Virus record (IMG/VR): IMGVR_UViG_3300044611_000703
Location: 1-64,000 of that record
Source of the DNA: an uncultured virus (IMG/VR IMGVR_UViG_3300044611_000703)
Taxonomy: Duplodnaviria; Heunggongvirae; Uroviricota; Caudoviricetes
Direction: 5' to 3' (one strand)
Length of the DNA stretch: 64,000 bases
Shown one piece after another: positions 60,989-64,000 of this stretch. Under the pieces are notes generated by a model. It had not been told where the DNA came from and searched no databases. It saw nothing but the letters and a program-made list of their open reading frames with translations. Within the stretch, counting starts at the first letter, position 1; each line of letters opens with the position of its first letter. Position numbers and translations under genes: made by a program.

Positions 60989-61549
60989 ATGAATATTGAT
61001 AATAGACGAGAATATTTAAAAACGGCCTATAGAATGTTTGGTTTAAAAGATGATGAAGGTGGTGTTAATAGGACTCAAGGTTTGTTCATGATGTGTGAAG
61101 ATATTATGAAAGATAATTTTGTTGTTGCTGAAATTGGTTCGTATGCCGGTGTTAGTAGTGAAGTTTTAGCATTACATTGTGAAAAAATATACTGCATCGA
61201 TACTTGGGAAGATTGGAATAATGATGGTATTATTTTCCAAGCTATGGAATTGTTTGATAATATGAAATCATTTTATTCTCACATTAATAAAATACATATG
61301 AGGGGTGATGAGGCCTCTAAAATGTTTCCTGATGAACATTTTGACCTTGTTTATATTGATGCGTCTCATTGGTATGATGATGTAATAAACGATATTAATA
61401 CGTGGTTACCAAAAATTAAAAAAGGTGGTTATTTATCCGGTCATGATTATTTAGAGAATATTGATGTTTTATATGCAGTAAATGACTATTTTGGTAAAAC
61501 ACATTCAATTACGAGATACCCTGATTCAAGTTGGGTAATTAAAAAATAA
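60989..61549 (+). CDS. Class I SAM-dependent methyltransferase (Methyltransf_24-like)
   Basis: AEIGSYAGVS, CIDTW, DLVYIDASH.Y, KGGYLSGHDY. Confidence 0.85.
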   Translation: MNIDNRREYLKTAYRMFGLKDDEGGVNRTQGLFMMCEDIMKDNFVVAEIGSYAGVSSEVLALHCEKIYCIDTWEDWNNDGIIFQAMELFDNMKSFYSHINKIHMRGDEASKMFPDEHFDLVYIDASHWYDDVINDINTWLPKIKKGGYLSGHDYLENIDVLYAVNDYFGKTHSITRYPDSSWVIKK

Positions 61550-61553
61550 TTTT

Positions 61554-62291
61554 ATGAATATATTAATTCACGGCTCAATGATGGGACCTGGTGGTATTGC
61601 ACATCATATTAAAGAATTTAGTAAAAATCTAAACAAATACCATAATGTTAAGATAAGAAACTTCAATTTAGATACTAATACTTGGAATGGTTTTTATAGT
61701 GGTCCTGATATGTATAAAAACACTAAAGGTTTAGAGGATATTCACCATCAATTATTACATCAACAAAGTTTATGGGTAGATGGTGAGTTAAAAGAATTTC
61801 CACTATTAGGATATGACGAATCATTTGTTCCCGATTTTCACCTTATAATGGCCGAAGCGTATCATCATTATTATTATCAAGATTACGATAAACCAGTTAT
61901 TGCTTACTTCCCTTGGGAAACTACAGAAATGTTAGAAGGTTTTATTGAAAAACTTAAAAAAGTTGATTATATATGGGTTCCAAGTAAATGGCAATTAGAG
62001 GTTTTTGTTAATAATGGAATAGATAGAAATAAAATAACTGTTGTTAATGAGGGTGTTGACCCATCCAAATTTTTTCCCGTTAAAAATAAAAAAAATAAAA
62101 AACTAACAATACTACATATTGGTACTTGGGAATATCGTAAATCATCTTACGAATTAATAAAGTCAATTACTAATGTAATTGGTGATGACCCCTCAGTTGA
62201 ATTTAAATTAGCAATACATGACAAATATCGAGAACAGGAATCACAAGATGAATTGTTTACAAAATATCACATTTTTGGATACATTAAGTGA
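61554..62291 (+). CDS. GT4 glycosyltransferase, N-terminal part (frame breaks near 62260)
   Basis: GGIAHH, PWETT, IWVPSKW, EGVD...FFP, HIG.WEYRK; lacks the EG.GLP motif, which lies in the +1 frame. Confidence 0.75.
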   Translation: MNILIHGSMMGPGGIAHHIKEFSKNLNKYHNVKIRNFNLDTNTWNGFYSGPDMYKNTKGLEDIHHQLLHQQSLWVDGELKEFPLLGYDESFVPDFHLIMAEAYHHYYYQDYDKPVIAYFPWETTEMLEGFIEKLKKVDYIWVPSKWQLEVFVNNGIDRNKITVVNEGVDPSKFFPVKNKKNKKLTILHIGTWEYRKSSYELIKSITNVIGDDPSVEFKLAIHDKYREQESQDELFTKYHIFGYIK

Positions 62292-64000
62292 AGAGGATTA
62301 TATTAATGAAATTAGAAATGCAAATTTATATGTTTCTTGTTCACGCGGTGAGGGTTGGAATCTTCCGTTAATTCAATCATTATCTTCAGGTGTGCCATCC
62401 ATTTACAGTAAATCAACAGGTCAATTAGAATATACTGAAAACTCAATAGGTATTGGTATTGAGATTGTAGGAGAAGAAGACGCTCAAAGAAAATTAATAA
62501 TAAACAACCAAGAATATTTTTGGGAGTTACTACATGACTATTACCCTGGTAAATTATCAGAACCAAATTATACTCAATTTGAGTATGAAGTTATGAAATT
62601 TTATACACAATATAAATTAAATAAACTCTCAGAATATAACAATAAATCATTATTAGATTCACAATATATTCAGAAAAATTTTAATTGGGACTATGTTACT
62701 GAGAAAGCAAATAAAATTTTAGAAAGTTATAATACTAAAAAAAAATCAATTACAATGTCAAACATATATTATTTAATTCACAGTAGTAGTTTTGGAGATA
62801 CGTTAGCGTCAACACCAACTTTACGATATCTTTCTCAATCACATAATGAAAAAATCAATGTTGTGACACATAGTAAAGTTGTATTTAGAGGAAACCCTTA
62901 TGTTGATAATTTACTTTCATTTGACGAATACAATTTAATTGATACATCAAACTCAAGAATATATGAAAGTTTTACGTTTCCCGGAACTTTTGATAAGAAT
63001 GGTATTGAGAAAAAATTCTCACATATTGATACTCGTCAATTACACGCTAATGATTTAGGATTCCAACTTTTACCAGAACAATTGAGTTATGATTTTTATC
63101 CAACATCATTAGAATTAGATATTGACTTACCTAAAGAGTATGTTGTATTACACGTAACAACAAATTGGGCGAACAGAACTTGGAATGATAAAAATTGGAC
63201 AGAATTAATTGATTGGCTTCGTGAAAACAAAATTTATACTGTTTTAATAGGGTCAGGTTATAGAGAAAAATTACATCATTCGTTAGGTGATACATTAGAA
63301 AAATACTGTCCTGTTTTTGAAAATCTTTATGGTTTAGATTTAACCAATCAAGGGACGATGAGTGATATGTGGTGGGTAATTAATAACTCTAAATGTATTG
63401 TAACAATGGATTCCGGGCCTTTACATTTAGCAGGATGTACGAATACCCATATATTACAATTAGGTAGCGCGATACATCCATCATTTAGAGCACCATATAG
63501 ATATGGGACTCAAGAATATAACTACACATATGTTGGAGGAACTTGTAATATATTTTGTAATTCAAATTTATCGTATAATGTTAAAGAGTGGGGACACATT
63601 AATGCCGTTCCACCAATGCCAGGGTGTTTAGAGAAGAAATCAACTTTTGAGTGTCATCCATCTGTTGACCGGGTTAAAGAAAACATTAGTAAAGTTTTGA
63701 ACTCGGAAAATGTTAATAAATTTGACACCATTGTTGAATTGTTTAAAAAAGACGATTTAAATAAAATACACTTTAATTATAAAGTTGACACGGAACTCCC
63801 AATAAAAATGGAGGTGATTGATGTTAACACAGGTTTAAAAAGAGACAACTTTTTTGATGTTGCGAAAAGAAACTATAACGGAATAAATTGGTGGGCACCA
63901 AGTCCGGGTCGTTTAAACGGTTTAGGTAATATTATTATAAACCTATATTTAGATGGTGAATTTTTTGGTTATAAGAAAATGATTATCAATGGGGATAACA
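62248..64000 (+). CDS. Partial CDS: GT4 C-terminal part fused to a GT9/heptosyltransferase-like domain; runs off the window end
   Basis: Hand translation, open from 62212 to the end: NITFLDTLSEEDY...SRGEGWNLPLIQ...FNWD, then FGDTLASTP, NRTW, MDSGPLHLAG, CNIFC...GC...EC; start uncertain (ATG 62218 or 62248). Confidence 0.8.
   Translation, partial: MNCLQNITFLDTLSEEDYINEIRNANLYVSCSRGEGWNLPLIQSLSSGVPSIYSKSTGQLEYTENSIGIGIEIVGEEDAQRKLIINNQEYFWELLHDYYPGKLSEPNYTQFEYEVMKFYTQYKLNKLSEYNNKSLLDSQYIQKNFNWDYVTEKANKILESYNTKKKSITMSNIYYLIHSSSFGDTLASTPTLRYLSQSHNEKINVVTHSKVVFRGNPYVDNLLSFDEYNLIDTSNSRIYESFTFPGTFDKNGIEKKFSHIDTRQLHANDLGFQLLPEQLSYDFYPTSLELDIDLPKEYVVLHVTTNWANRTWNDKNWTELIDWLRENKIYTVLIGSGYREKLHHSLGDTLEKYCPVFENLYGLDLTNQGTMSDMWWVINNSKCIVTMDSGPLHLAGCTNTHILQLGSAIHPSFRAPYRYGTQEYNYTYVGGTCNIFCNSNLSYNVKEWGHINAVPPMPGCLEKKSTFECHPSVDRVKENISKVLNSENVNKFDTIVELFKKDDLNKIHFNYKVDTELPIKMEVIDVNTGLKRDNFFDVAKRNYNGINWWAPSPGRLNGLGNIIINLYLDGEFFGYKKMIINGDN

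Noticed and set aside
1038..62566. Many short (60-180 aa) ORFs antisense to or nested in long genes, e.g. 18088-18411, 54285-54824, 59075-59551, 62312-62566
   Set aside because: They are shadow frames of well-supported genes and show no recognisable motifs
1..64000. Stop-codon reassignment, as in some large phages
   Set aside because: Very long ORFs are intact in code 11, and TAG and TGA both occur as plausible gene ends
1..64000. tRNA, rRNA, integrase or transposase genes
   Set aside because: None recognised; intergenic gaps are short and AT-rich, though no covariance-model scan was possible

Overview
AT-rich, gene-dense segment of a large contractile-tailed (T4-like/jumbo myovirus-type) bacteriophage genome, read in standard genetic code 11 and mostly on the minus strand. 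Left to right it holds: baseplate genes (1-14.6 kb); a replication/nucleotide block embedded among structural genes (nrdA, nrdB, DnaB-like helicase, 5'-3' exonuclease, RecA/UvsX, gp32-like SSB; 14.7-22.9 kb); baseplate hub, LysM-like, OmpA-domain, tape-measure, chaperone, tube and sheath genes (23.9-44 kb); neck genes, an SNF2 helicase, an SOD fusion and a family B DNA polymerase (44-55 kb); and a glycosylation island (55-64 kb). Most notable: (1) a candidate phage-encoded mucin-type protein O-glycosylation system, with GT60-, GT90-, GT4- and GT9-like enzymes beside proteins carrying Thr/Pro-Thr tracts, and one such tract inserted in the tail sheath; (2) a candidate +1 frameshift (UUU UUU CGG) in the tail chaperone gene; (3) an SOD fused to a PD-(D/E)xK-like domain; (4) a recurrent coding-strand TATTTAT motif upstream of about 18 genes, the reverse complement of the T4 late promoter; (5) an unannotated ribbon-helix-helix gene with two palindromes, divergent from the sheath gene. 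All family calls come from motif recognition by eye; no database search was run.
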